Shown one piece after another: positions 28,060-41,349 of a stretch of 64,000 nucleotides of DNA. Both the position numbers and the translations under genes were made by a program. Each line of letters opens with the position of its first letter. Within the stretch, counting starts at the first letter, position 1. A model generated the notes under the pieces. It did not search any database. It was not told where the DNA came from and saw nothing but the letters and a program-made list of their open reading frames with translations. Origin of the DNA: Felis catus (Eukaryota); the NCBI RefSeq assembly GCF_018350175.1, contig NC_058379.1, positions 94,116,001 to 94,180,000 of the forward strand. Reading direction: 5' to 3'.

Positions 28060-28490
28060 TGCATTTGAGTTTTAAATCCATTTAAAGCACACCTCCTTTG
28101 TACTTGTGTTCCAACCACAGTCAATCTGGTCACAGCAGTGAGGGCCCAGCAGGCACCATCCAAAGACACTATTCCAAGACATGGGACAGCAGACACTACC
28201 ACCCCCACACTCCAGAGACAACGGAGCTCCAGGAGGCCACTTGCCACAGTAAGCGGCAGAGCCTGGCGGTGAAACCAGACAGGGCTGCAGGGTGTGGCCC
28301 CGGCTCCCCACAAGATGTTCCTGGGAAGATCCTAAGCACCCACCCATCAACATGCTGCTGGGGTGAGAGACACTCAACACTGTGATAAGGAAGCCAGCTG
28401 CATGCACCGAAGAGCCGTGGTTTCTACAGAAAATACAGCCTGCTTAAGTTCGTCAGATACGATGTTTGGAGGAATAAGAAACGACTTCTT

Positions 28491-28711
28491 GGGGCGCCTG
28501 GGTGGCTCAGTCGGTTGGGCGTCCGACTTCGGCTCAGGTCATGATCTCGCGGTCCGTGAGTTCGAGCCCCGCATCGGGCTCTGTGCTGACAGCTCAGAGC
28601 TTGGAGCCTGTTTTAGATTCTGTGTCTCCCTCTCTCCGACCCTCCCCTGTTCATGCTCTGTCTCTCTCTGTCTCAAAAATAAAAATGTTAAAAAAAAAAA
28701 TTAAAAAAAAA
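28491..28711 (+). mobile_element. CAN-SINE with 15-bp TSD
   Basis: TSD aagaaacgacttctt at 28476-28490 and 28712-28726. Confidence 0.93.
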
Positions 28712-28848
28712 AAGAAACGACTTCTTACTCTTTATATTTAAAAGGAAAATAAGACTCATTATTTTATTGCACTGCTTTTATAGCCAGAAGACTAAAAAAT
28801 ACTTTTTCCCCCAAGTGTATATTCTTTCTGAACTCAAGCCTTTGGACT

Positions 28849-29265
28849 CTGTTGTGGGTTGAATTGTGACCCCCATAAATTCCTATGAGTTCTACCCCCA
28901 GTACAATGTGCCCTTAGTTGGAGATGGGGTCATCACAGGTGTAATTAGTTAAGATGAGGTCATGCTGGGGAAGGGTGGCCCTCATCCAATGACCAGTGTC
29001 CCTGTAAGAAGGGGAAATCTGGACACAGACCCGCACACAGGAAGGAGGCCCCGTGAAGATCCGGGTGAAGCGTCAAGCCAAAGATTGCCAGAAACTACAG
29101 AATCTGGGGGAGGGGCAGGGAACAGATTCTCCATCACAGCCCCAAAGACCCCAGCCCGAGCACGCCTGGATCTGGAGTCCTAGCCGGCAGGATGTGCGAG
29201 CCCACTCGCTTCCGTTGTCACCCCGTCTGCGTACTTTGTTACGGCAGGCCTCAGAGACGCCCACG
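28849..29265 (+). mobile_element. MLT1A/B-like solo LTR
   Basis: tgttgtgggttgaattgtgacccc...gtaattagttaagatgaggtcatgctgg...tactttgttacggcagg. Confidence 0.8.
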
Positions 29266-29416
29266 GCCAGGCGTATAAAACACGGCGGCCCCATAGGACA
29301 TGCGCCCGAATTCCGCTCCCAATGGTAAAGATTACAATTTCTGACTACCAAGATCAGTGATCTGTATGTCAAGTTTCTCAAGAAAGAAGCAATCGTGGCT
29401 TTCCATCACTGCGTAT

Positions 29417-29422
29417 TTTATT
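29417..29422 (-). terminator. Probable TXNL4A poly(A) signal AATAAA
   Basis: tttatt on the plus strand, about 190 nt downstream of the stop codon. Confidence 0.55.
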
Positions 29423-29608
29423 TATCTCAGCTAGGTATTTACAGATATTTGCTAATATAAAAATACAATGGCCCGGCGGCCGGAAAGTTGAGGCCATGCA
29501 ACCCTTACTTCTTCGTGTCCAAATGCTCTAAGGCTTTAAATAGTTCAAGGTATTTCCACATGAAAAGGACTCCACAACATTTATATGCACAGAGAATGGG
29601 CTGAGAGC

Positions 29609-29780
29609 TCAGTATCTGTATTTTGTGGAGTAGTCCTTTGGAGACACCACCAGGCCCCGACCTTTCCGGGCGCCTCGGTACACGGTCTCGATTATGTCTA
29701 TCATTTCCTGCTTGTCTTCCATGGCCCAGTTGATCTTGTTGTTGTTCCCAGTACCCAGGTCAATCATGATGTGCTTGTTC
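29609..29780 (-). CDS. TXNL4A: TXNL4A coding exon 3 (U5 snRNP Dim1)
   Basis: Acceptor cctctttgcag| then (R)NKHIMIDLGTGNNNKINWAMEDKQEMIDIIETVYRGARKGRGLVVSPKDYSTKYRY*. The three exons (153+104+172 nt) give 142 aa. Confidence 0.98.
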
Positions 29781-31929
29781 CTGCAAAGAGGAAACAGGGG
29801 GGTCAATGCTCACAAAAATCCTTCTAAAAAAGAGTTCCATGAAGAGGCCTTCTGTTTTGCACCTTTACAAACTCTCGTTAAACATCATTTAAGAGAAGAA
29901 CACACAGTCAAGAGGATCCACCATGATTCAGGAGAAGATGAAAACAACCTAAATGCTATTTAAAAACACACAGCTCGCGTGGGGAGCAAGCTCTTTCTGT
30001 ACTCTTCTCTGTCTCCTTAGGACAAATACCCTACAGGGTAGTCGAAAGCTCAAAGGACACAGTTTTTGTCACTGGGACCCAGAGGGTTGTACTCATTTAC
30101 TCAGGAAACACAATGGATGAGTTTTCATGGTGCTCTTGTGAGAACCTAGTGTACATTTCATTAAAAATCCTACTAACTGTGAAATTAATAATGTTTTGGA
30201 TTTTTATGATTAGAGACACAGACAATTCTTTACAAATGTATTTCTTAAGAGGCTACTTTTAACAATGATTTATATGTGCACTTTATAGAAGATATTAACC
30301 CTGGTTGTCCCTGATGCACTAATTTTTCCAGGTTTGCTGAAGACTGATTAGTTTTAATTACTTTAACTTCTCACTTCCCTAAGAATGAAGTGCTCCATCC
30401 ATCCTGCAGTCTTTGGTCTGGCCACCTTTTAACCAGAGTGAGCCTCCAAAAGGCAAATCCGATGTTCCTTTTCTGCCACAAAATTTCACTTCTAGGATAA
30501 CATTCCACATCCTCACTCTGGCCCAGGAATCTGGGGGTCTGGACCCTGCCCCTCCCCCTCCCTGGCGGGGGAGGAGATCTGGATGTCTGGACCCTTCCCT
30601 CCCGCCCCCGCCCCCACCAGTCTCCCACCATCACCCACCAGCCACTCCGTGTCCTCTCGGGCTCCCAAACATAGCATGAAGCTCGTGCCGTGTGCCCGTC
30701 CCCCAGAAGGCTGGAGCTCATCCCAAACCTACCCCAGCTGCCACTTAGCTCCCGCCACCCTGACTCAGTATTTGTGTGCCTATAAATACCCGCCCTCTGG
30801 CACCTGTTTCCCTCTGCTAATTTACTCAGCTGTTCCCAACCTACGAAGTTCCCTGACGGCAGGATCCGCGTCCCAGCACTAGGCCACAAAACCTGGCAGG
30901 ACTCGGTATATATACATTTAGTGAAAACATTAACTGAAGTGCCACCACGCCTCGTCTTAGAACTCTGGGTGGCAGAAAGAGACGTTCTGTCTTCTCTGGT
31001 GCAGCCTCCGTCCTAAAACACCCATGTGCACAGACGGCGGGGGGCTTCTTTTTTTCAGCCTCACTCCCACCTGAAGGGCTAGAGGAGAATTTCGAAGAGC
31101 ACGACAGAAAAGGCCTAGACTGCCTCCAAGAGCCCGTGAGAAGAAACACGGACTTGGAGAGCACGGCTGGTGCCGGCTCCAAAGGAAGGGAGGACCTCGC
31201 GTTGCTGGGGGTGGAGGAAAGGGACCCTGTCACTTGGCAGGACATCGCGATGGGATCCTGCGGTTCTGTGGGAAGGACTTGCAACGACCGATGCCCTCGG
31301 ATATTCAACTGAAGGAAAGCCAAGCAAAGTCTTGAAGGTGCTGTCTGGTTTCTCCCTGGTGCTCACAGCAAAACGAGAGAGACAACCTAGTGTGAGAATT
31401 GCGAACAAAGACTCAATTCTCAGCCTCTCCAGATGGCAGAAGGTGCTGAAATCCAGAAACGGCCGCAGAATGGGGGGTACAGGGAAAAGGAAGCCACACG
31501 ACCTACTGCTGAAGCCCAGGAAAGCCCTAAAGGCCAAAACGTTCAGTCACAAGAGAGGGAGGCGTGCCTCACGGATCTTCCCCGATGCCCAGGCCAGGGA
31601 CTCGGCTGCAAGGGACAGAGGGTACAGCGAAAGGAGATGACAGAACCCAATGTGCTGCTGGCTGAAGGAGGCTGGAAAATGGCCCAGCTGCGAACACCTT
31701 TCATGAAAAAGGGAGGAAAATCCAGGCAAGCACCCTCCCAGGGCTGGGGCGTCGGCCCCCTTCCTCCTCACGTCCCCTTGGGAAACCAGACCTGTTTCCT
31801 ATGCTGTCCCACACTGTGTGCTGGGAGAGCTGGGGCCACAGACAAGTGGTGTCCAGGAGCCTAAGAAGCCTTGTCCACACCTGATTTTGCATATGAGAAG
31901 GATGTGAGTTTTCGGAGCCAGAGGGCAGA

Positions 31930-32445
31930 CTGGTAGGCAAAATCCTACATTAAACCCTGTGAATTTCCCGCCGATCCCCTGGGACTGTGATATGATGGGG
32001 CATAAAGACTCTGACAGATGTCCCAAAAGTTTCTGATCGATTGACTTTAAAATAAGGAGATAATCCTGGATTATCTGGATGAGTCTATTCCAATCACAGC
32101 CCTTAAAAGCAGAACAGGAAATCGCAGAGACTGTGCAGACTTCAAAGGCGGAAGGGCCTCCAGGAGCAGGGAGGGGTCCCAGCGTACAGCCAGCAAGGAG
32201 TCAGAGACCTCGGACCCGTGAGCACCAGGAACTGCATTCAGCCAACAACCCAAGTGAGCCAAGTGGCTTCTCCCCAGGCTGACGGTCCAGGTAAGGGCCC
32301 AGCCCCTGATTCTGACTTGGTGAGACCCTGAGCGGGAACCCACTGAGCCTGCCCGAACCTTGACACAGCACTGAGCTCCTAAGTGGTGCTGTGTTAGCTA
32401 CTCAACTTGTGCTCGTTTGTTACACAGAATATAAAGCTAATCCAC
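31930..32445 (+). mobile_element. MLT1-type solo LTR in TXNL4A intron 2
   Basis: gactttaaaataaggagataatcctggattatctggatgag...tcgtttgttacacagaatataaagctaat. Confidence 0.7.
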
Positions 32446-32746
32446 ACCCTATACAATCCACGCAAACACTCCTCGCCAGCCAGGGAGCTCTACTTTCGGA
32501 GTATGGTCTGAGGCTTAACACTGCTATTTACCAACTTCTGTATTAACAATAAACAGTAAGAAATTTTGACCAAACATCAAATGGTGATTCCTTTCTAAAT
32601 TAAATCTCCACGACAGAACTTTTTTAAAATTCACGACGTTACTTGACTTTACTACCTAAATACCATCAAATATAAAGACCTCCTGATTACGTCAAACTTC
32701 CAGACCAACAATATTCAACTGAAATGACAAGTTTAAGAGAACATAC

Positions 32747-32850
32747 CTGAAGAAAAACATGACGGTGCATGGATCGTATAACTCATACATTTTGTTGAAG
32801 TCAGGCACTTCTGTAATATCCACAAGATAGATAACTGCAAAATTTTTCAC
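32747..32850 (-). CDS. TXNL4A: TXNL4A coding exon 2
   Basis: cctag|VKNFAVIYLVDITEVPDFNKMYELYDPCTVMFFF(R)|GTATGT. Confidence 0.98.
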
Positions 32851-34137
32851 CTAGGAGAGATTGAAACAACCCTGTACAGTAACACACCATTTTTTTTATT
32901 CTGCAAAAGCACGTTAAAAACAAACACGAGAATTTGTATGTAAGCGGACAATTTTCAAACCAAGTCCCCAACATTCTTTCCCAGCAGAGCTACTACACAG
33001 GGAGATGATTCAGCACGTTCGGGCTCCTGACAACTGGCTGCTCACACCTCGCTTTACCATTTTCACAACAGCAAGTGACGAGAGTCCCACAGAAAACGTC
33101 CACAGGTACGTTATTCATGCTGACCTCGTAATAACCTATCTCAACTTTTCCAGATTTGTACTTCTACAAATACTTAATTGCACACAGGAAACCACTATTT
33201 TAAAACCCACTGCTAGAATCTGCTGCACACCTGCCTTTTTGATTCGGGGGTGCACACGTGCAGATACTAAGACTACTACTCCAAATGATACTATACACAA
33301 CAAATTTTCTTTCATTTTTTTCTCTAATTGCAGATTCATCATAGCAGATTTAGAAAACTCAGAAAACTGTAAATAAGACAGAATCACCTCCAGTCCCAAC
33401 CGCCAGAATTGCTACAAGTGTATTTTTTTTTAATGTTTATTATTGAGAGAGAGTGTGTGTGTGCAAGTGGGGGACCGGGAGAGAGAGGCAGACAGAAATC
33501 TGAAGCAGGCTCCAGGCTCTGAGCTGTCAGCACAAAGCCCAATGGGGTGTGAACCCACGAACCATGCGACTATGACCTGAGTTAAGTCAGACACTCAACG
33601 CACTGAGCCACCCAGGCGCCCCGCTACAAATATATTTTTGGTAAACACTTTCCCATTTTTTCTGGCATACACACACACACATAAATCTGTTTATACTCTT
33701 TTAACAAAATGTGATCATTCCATGCCACAGTGTTTTATATCCTGCTTTAATTATGAGCATTCTCTTATACAAATTACATACTTTCCCAAAGCACAATTTT
33801 CAGGGCTACATAATACTTCATCAAACAGCTATGTCATTAGTTTATCATTCTTCCATTATTTTCTGATTTTTCCTGAAAATAAATAATTCAGATTTTTCAT
33901 TAGTACCAATTATTCACCCGTGAACATTCTTACCTTTAAATCTATGTACATATGTCATTATTTCCAAAGAACAAATTCCCAAAATAGAATCTCTCCAACA
34001 AAAGACATGACATTTTAATGGCCCCTATAGGGGCGCCTGGGTGGCTCAGTTGGTTGAGGGTCCGACTCTTGCTTTCAGCTCAGGTCATGAGCTCATGGTT
34101 CATGTGTTTAGGGTGACAGCATGGAGCCTGCTTCGGA

Positions 34138-34185
<48 letters not shown>

Positions 34186-35624
34186 ATAAACAGTGCAAGA
34201 CGGCGCAGGGCTGAGGTCTGACCAACAGAAGGCATTAAATATGGACATGTCCCACAAAGAGCCTGGCTGCGAAAGGAGGGAAGTTACTGAGGGACCCAGG
34301 CATGGAGCTGGGGCCCCTCCGGCCACCCCCCAATTCCCTCTTTCCTGGTGACAGAGACAAGGCAGCTGTGGAACCGAGTGTGCCACACACCGCGTGTCCA
34401 GATGGCCTCTGTGGCAAGTGTTCTTTTCATGCTGCCGCGGCCCTCAGACAGCAGGGCCGGAGCACAGCACACGCCTCTGCAGAGCTTTCCGGCAAAAGGG
34501 ACCCTGTGCATCCGTAGGTGCTGCCTACCCCTACGTTTCACTCTATCATTATTCCGTTATTACTTTCCATGTAATACAACAGAGCTATCACAACTTACAC
34601 TGACAGATGTTAACCTCACAGTAAAACCAAACAAACACGTCCACTTGTCCCCTAAAGCGTAAACTGCCAATGCAGTGAGAGCCCAAGATGCCTTTCGGAT
34701 TCAACGTGAATTATTTAGCCAGTTGGCTCCAGTTCCTAGAACCTCCACATCTCCCAAGTTAAAGCAGAAACTGACACAAGAAACCACGTCCTCTTAAAGT
34801 GATCAAAATATACCACCTGTTTCATACATGAAGATATTCAATTACCCAAACTCAACGATATAATCTTCACTATAAACGTTGGTTTTTACAGCGAGACTTT
34901 GAGAGCAGGCCCTACTTCCCTTTGCCTTCAATGAGGAGGAAGAAAACGGTAGCTCGTTCAGAAGTAAAACAACTAACGACAGCACAGTACTTAATTCTTC
35001 TCTTCCCCTCTATGTACAGTACACGATGGTTCTCCAGATAAATCTAAGGCTTCCCGAGGCTAGGAACCACGTCTGTTCTCTTTACTGATGTGTCCTCAGA
35101 GCCAAGCAGTACCTGACTCATACACGGGACCAGTAAATGTTTATCGAGTGAATTTGAACAATAAGCTTGTATTCTGAAATACAAGAAACACATTAATGTC
35201 ACTAAAAATGTGTTTTGGGACAGTGTGAGCTTAATCACGTAATGCTGAGTTCAAACAGACCTGCCCTCAGGGTTGGTGGGGTGCCACTTCTGTCTGACGG
35301 GAGGCTCTCAAGCCCCTGCAGCTCAAACACCTGCAGAAAGCAAGGGGCTGCTCACCCATCTGGGCGGCCAGATGAGAACCGCACGCGGCACCAAGGGGCC
35401 TTCCTAGAAACCTGTACAACCTACCCAGTCTTTCCCCTGGAAAAGCTACCATTTATCCAAGCTGCTCCTAATGCGGGTTACATGAATTGTCGTGATGCTT
35501 TCCACATGGTCTGAACGTTTCACACCCACTGAGGAACCTACAGTTAACTAAAACTCTGTATGTTTTATAAAAGTGAAATGAAGCTAGGAGTCCACTGTAT
35601 TTTCTCCATTTAAAAAAATGTTCA

Positions 35625-36600
35625 GGGGCGCCTGGGTGGCTCAGTCGGTTAAGCGTCCGACTTCGGCTCAGGTCACGATCTCACGGTCCGTGGGTTCGAG
35701 CCCCACGTCGGGCTCTGGGCTGATGGCTCAGAGCCTGGAGCCTGCTTCCGATTCTGTGTCTCCCTCTCTCTCTCCCCCTCTCCCGTTCATGCTCTGTCGC
35801 TCTCTGTCCCAAAAATAAATAAAACGTTAAAAAAAAATTTTTTTTAAATGTTCATTTTGGGGTGCCTGGGTGCTTCAGCAGGTTAAGTGTCCGACTTTGG
35901 CTCAGGTGGTGGTCTTGAGGTTTGTGGGTTGGAGACCCGCGTCGGGCCCTACACTCTCAGCACTGAGCCTGCTTCAGATCCTCTGTCTCCCTCTCTCTCT
36001 GCTCCTCCCTCACTCCCACTCTCTCAAAAATAAAATACACATAAACAAATAATGTTCATTTTGAAAATATAGAAATGGAATGGAAAAACCACTACTGGGG
36101 CGCCTGGGTGGCTCAGTCGGTTGGGCGTCCGACTTTGGCTCAGGTCATGATCTCACGGTTCGTGGGTTTGAGCCCCGCGTCGGGCTCTGTGCTGACAGCT
36201 CAGAGCCTGGAGCCCGCTTTGGATTCTGTGTCTCCCTCTCTCTTTCTGCCCCTCCCCTGCCCACACCCTGTCTCTCTCCCTCTCAAAAATAAATAAACAT
36301 TTAAAAAATTAAAAAAAAAAGAAAAAAGAAAGAAAAACCACTACTATGTGTCCAGCCCCGTATTTTTAAGCAAACTCTACCCCAAATGTGGGCCTTGAAC
36401 TCATAACCCTGAGATCAACAGTTGCATCCTCTTCGCACTGAGCCAGCCAGATGCCCTTAAGTTATACAACTTGTTTAAAAAACACTGGGCTGGAGCACAT
36501 GGCTGGCTTAGTCAGAACAGCGTGCAACTCTTAATCTTGAGGGTGGGAGTTCAGGCCCATGTGGGGTATACAGGCTACCTAAAGGGAAAAAAAACCCAAA
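35625..36600. mobile_element. Pile-up of five CAN-SINEs in TXNL4A intron 1
   Basis: Plus-strand copies at about 35625, 35859, 36097 and 36505, and a minus-strand copy at about 36360-36460. TSDs aatgttcattttg and gaaaaaccactact are visible. Confidence 0.85.
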
Positions 36601-37939
36601 ACTTAAAAATATAGGACCGTCAAATAAAATCAATAGTATGGGTGTCTTAAAGCAAAAAGTGTTTCCGTTTCCCCAGACCCACAAGCTCACTTGTGAGGAA
36701 ATCATATACATTCTGCTTTCTCCAGCTGACATCATTAACTGATGCCCATGTTATTGAAGAAGCTCTTAGAAGATAACTTCTAACAGCCACATAACATTCC
36801 ATCCCGTGAACAGGACATTCCCAGTTTAAATCCCAACCGTCTGTTTCTGAGCCTGGACAAACTACGTGCCAGCACCTACCTCTGGGAGCCATCGTGAGGA
36901 CCACAGGACAGGTCTGTTTCCCACCTGGCAACTGGATGCGTCTCAGGGTTCAAACGCTAGAGCTCACGGTCATCACCATGTTCTCCTATCATGAGACACT
37001 GCTGTTGTTTCCAGGTATGACAGAAGTTATAGCAAAGGTCTTGTGGAGCATAAAACTTCGTCTATTGAAGACGCGGGGTTACTGGGCATAAGGTATGACT
37101 ATTCTCAAGGCTTTTTGTACGATGCCAAACTGCCTCGTGCAAGGAGATCCGTTCTACAGGTACCTCAATATTAACTTTCACCTTTTTAGCTCTGCTATAT
37201 CTAAGAAACGATAGCACACTATTTTAATGTGTGTGTCTCTGAAGTTTCCTTAACCATGAGAATTTCCTCTTTTTTAGGTTCCTTGCCTCTCTACCCACAG
37301 GATTTATTTATTTATTTCATTTTTTAGGAGTCATCTTTTTAAATGGCACTTTAAACTTATTCGCCTAAGTCTACTATATCTAAAATAGTATTTTGCCTGC
37401 TATATTTGCAATAATTTTAATTGGCTGTTCGACAGTATCTTTTAAAAACCAACGACTTTATGTACAAATTTCATTTCTATTATCAAGTTGTTTCTTAATG
37501 TACATATTCTTTTGATTGTCTACAACAGTAACTATGATTTCCAACCCGACTGCCTACACGTTTTATAAGCACCCCTCCTTCTTCGTCACCAAGTCGCTGA
37601 TTAAACTGTTCGGTAGTCCTTCTACAAGCCACTCAACTTGCCTCCAAAAAGTAACTCCTGCACATCACTGAGACTGAGGCTGGCCCATGACCCCAACCAC
37701 CACTCCACCCTCTTGTATGGGACTCCTCCTCTGGCTAAGAACCCACCTAAAATGCTGGAAAAAATCTTATGGGCTGCCAACTGGCACTATGTATTTTATT
37801 TATAAGTCAATTTTTAGATAATTCATGTCAAAGCCATCAAAAACCTGCACGATAACTTTATTTTCCCCCACTACTATTTGCCTGATTAGCTCAACAATAA
37901 CTCTCGAAAACTCTGCAATGTGAGTGGTAATGATACTAA

Positions 37940-38160
37940 CAACAGTGGCTAAGAATTATGGAACATACTGCTTACATGAGACAAGAAGTGTTCTGGAAGT
38001 CTTTTATATTAATTCTATCCTCATGACTGCCCTCTGGGTTAGGCACTACCATCCCTTTCCCACAGATGAGTAAAATGAGGCACACAGACAAGTTATTTAA
38101 GGTCATACGGGTAGTAAGCAGCAGAAACAAGCTTGGTCTCTACCCTTACTGCCCCTCATA
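37940..38160. mobile_element. MIR fragment
   Basis: cccacagatgagtaaaatgaggcacacagac...aggtcatacgggtagtaagc resembles the MIR core. Confidence 0.55.
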
Positions 38161-40781
38161 GCTTGCTCCTAGCTGCAAGACTGTTATTTCCAGAAACACA
38201 CATCCAGAGCAAACATACACATTTTGTTGGCTCTTATGAGAACATCAACTTCCAGTAGAGTTCAACTTACTTTATGCGAGGTTTAAGAATGATCCCCCTA
38301 AGGGTGCCTGGGGGGCTCAGTCGGTTGAGCGGCTGACTTTGGCTCGGGTCATGATCTCGTGGTTCGTGGGTTCAAGCCCCGCGTCGGGCTCTGTGCTGCC
38401 AGCTCAGAGCCTGGAGCCTGCTTCAGATTCTGTGTCTCCCTTGCTCTCTGCCCCTCCCCCGCTCATGCTCTCTCTCAAAAACAAACGTTAAAAAAAAAAA
38501 AATTGCCCTTCTCTAAAGTCATTTCTAAAATGTTCCATACATATATTTGTCTTATATACAATTTAATGAGAATGTATGCTGATGAGTCAATGATATCATT
38601 GAAGTTTTGCATATTTTAAACTACTTATTTGGGCTTTTAACACACAAAAATGAAATGTCCCGTTTATTCTTCCCCATTATGGGATTTCGGTAACAGCGAG
38701 CTGTCACAAACTTCCTACAAAACGGCAAGACAGCTCAAGACAGCTCAGAGATACACCAAACAGTCTCTCTTTGAAGCTGTGTATAAAATCAGCTGTTAAT
38801 CAGGAAGCTTTGCTTATTACCACTCCAGCAAGCTCCAGACATCTGTCAAATCGTTCAGCACATCTCTCAGGTCTTCAGAGCAGCTCCAGACCACTCCGGC
38901 ATGAGGTGGGGTCGGGAGGTCGGCAACGTCAAAGCATCAAGTCAACACACTACATTCCAGGAGAACGATCTAATCAAGTCCAGCCTAAACGGCGCAACTT
39001 TTACTCACTTTAAAACAGCTGGGGTATCCAAACAGGGCTCGTAACAAGATGAAGAAGATCCCCCACTATCTGCCATTTCTGCAGAGGGAGATTTTTAAAT
39101 AGAGAGTTAAGTTGTTCTTTATACTAAAACTTTAAATTTCAAATATTCCTGTTGAGATTCCCCAAAAAGGGCTTCCAGAATTATAAACTCATATTTTGCC
39201 TTTATACCAAGAAAAAAATAAAACAATAATCTTGTGATGCATTTCAAGTTTGCATTTTTAATACCTATACTATAACATTATATTAAAAGTTTATTAGGAC
39301 AGAAATCCAAATTTTGGGACAAAAGAAAAAATACCTTAAAAAAAAAACAAAGAAAAATACTCAAAATGAGCCCAATTAAGCCATTCTTATCAACAGGTTC
39401 AATACCAGAAAGAGGACGTCCACCAGCGACAGTGATTCCGTCTGTAACTGACAGAAACGGATGAGAAAAGAACAGCTCTGGTAAAAGTCCCTAAAAACTC
39501 ACATTCACACACAAAATCTGTCTCCTAGCTAAAAGCATTTTGCTGGGTTTTGCTCAGATATGAGAAGCCAAACAAGCCTCACATCTCTAATTACCGTACC
39601 CTCGCACCGAGGGCGGTGAGAGCTGGACGTCGCCTGGTGTTCACACGGTCGCCTGCAACACAGAATTCGGGGCACACACCCGAAGTTATTTCAAAGTCAA
39701 CAGAGCGACACTTTGCTTCTCAGAAAAGTGCCCTTAGGCAATTCTCGACTCAACTGGCTAGTGTCTGCCCCTGACCACCATAGCCTAAGCGAGGCGTGAC
39801 CCCCTGGCACCACCTCATTTATGCCCTCTGACCCCAAATGGGAGGACCCCCAGCGTCAGAAAACTGCCACTCTCCTGAGCTCCCCAGGCACCTCCTCAAG
39901 CTCCTTGGGGAAGAGGAGGGGAATGACTGCTAATCACAGCACCCATATTCTGATCCTGACCTCTGTTGAGGGGTTTTTGAAAGTCCCATCAGAATTCCCA
40001 GGGGAGCTGGGCCTGTTTCTGGACCTCACCCCAGATCAAAAGAATCAGAATATCTGAGACGCACTTGGGAAGTATCCCAAGTGACACTCATGATGACTGA
40101 CACACACGAATGGTCCCTAATGTCCCCAATGCCATCACCCCATCTCACTTTGCCTCTCTTACCAAATAGGAAACAGTAAAAATTAGCAATAGAAGATCAG
40201 ATAGTTTTTTTTTTAATGTTTATTTATTTTTGAGAGAGAGAGAAAGACAGAGTGTGAGTGGGGGAGGGGCACAGAGAGAGGGAGACACAGAATCCGAAGC
40301 AGCTCCAGGCTCTGAGCTGTCAGCACAGAGCCCGACGCGGGGCTCGAACCCACAGACCGCAAGATCATGACCTGAGCCAAAGTCAGCCGCTCAAACCACT
40401 GAACCACCCAGGTGCCCCCAGATAGTCGTTTTTGTTTTTTTTTTTTTAAGTAAACTATACCCAATTGTGAGCTCGAACTAATGACCCCAAGATCAAGAGT
40501 CGCATGCTCTACTGAGCCAGCCAGGCGTTCTGAAGGTCAGATAGTTTTTCCTTTCCTAAATACAAAATACATCCTCACATCTTTGCTATCTACTAAAAGG
40601 TGTTGTTTTAACCCCTTATCCCTAAGAAAAGATGGCTTCAACGCTTCCATTACTTTTACTCTCAGTTGGCAGTTGGCGGGGAGCCCCACGATGGGCTCTG
40701 TGCTGACAGCTCAGAGCCTGGAACTGCTTCGGATTCTGTCTCCCTCTCTCTCTGCTCCTCGCCCGCTCACACTCGGTCTCT

Positions 40782-40812
<31 letters not shown>

Positions 40813-41349
40813 AAAAATAAACATACATTAAAAAAAAATCGCCATGCGGAAATTTAGAAAAGCGCTCAGCCCCCCGTTACACAATAGTGCCAATGACTGC
40901 ACTTCTGTTATCAAGCAAGACTGACTAGCCAGGGGGCTAACACTAAACGTCAGGAAAACTAGTACCACAAAGCACAATTCTATTCTCTCCTAACATCTCC
41001 TGCAAATGAATCACTCTAAGCTATAAATCAAGTGACTTACAAAGAGCATCGTGGAGTAAAGGGGAAAAAAGACTAGAAGAAAACCAGATTAACATGAAAG
41101 TTCTGCTTTACGAGTACAATAAACAAGGTAGCAAAAATGGACAACCCTTTAAACTAAACTATTTAAGTAAACTCGATCGTTCTTGCCAAAACCTGTAGGC
41201 GTTTGTTCATGGCACTATAGAGAAGGAATCATGAATCATTTTTAAAATTTGAAAATCTGCGGAAACTTCTCCCAGAAAAACCACAGGACCTATCCGGTAT
41301 AGTTTCAGGACCACAGCCTCCCACCACAAGGTAAGAATCCGTGAGCTAA

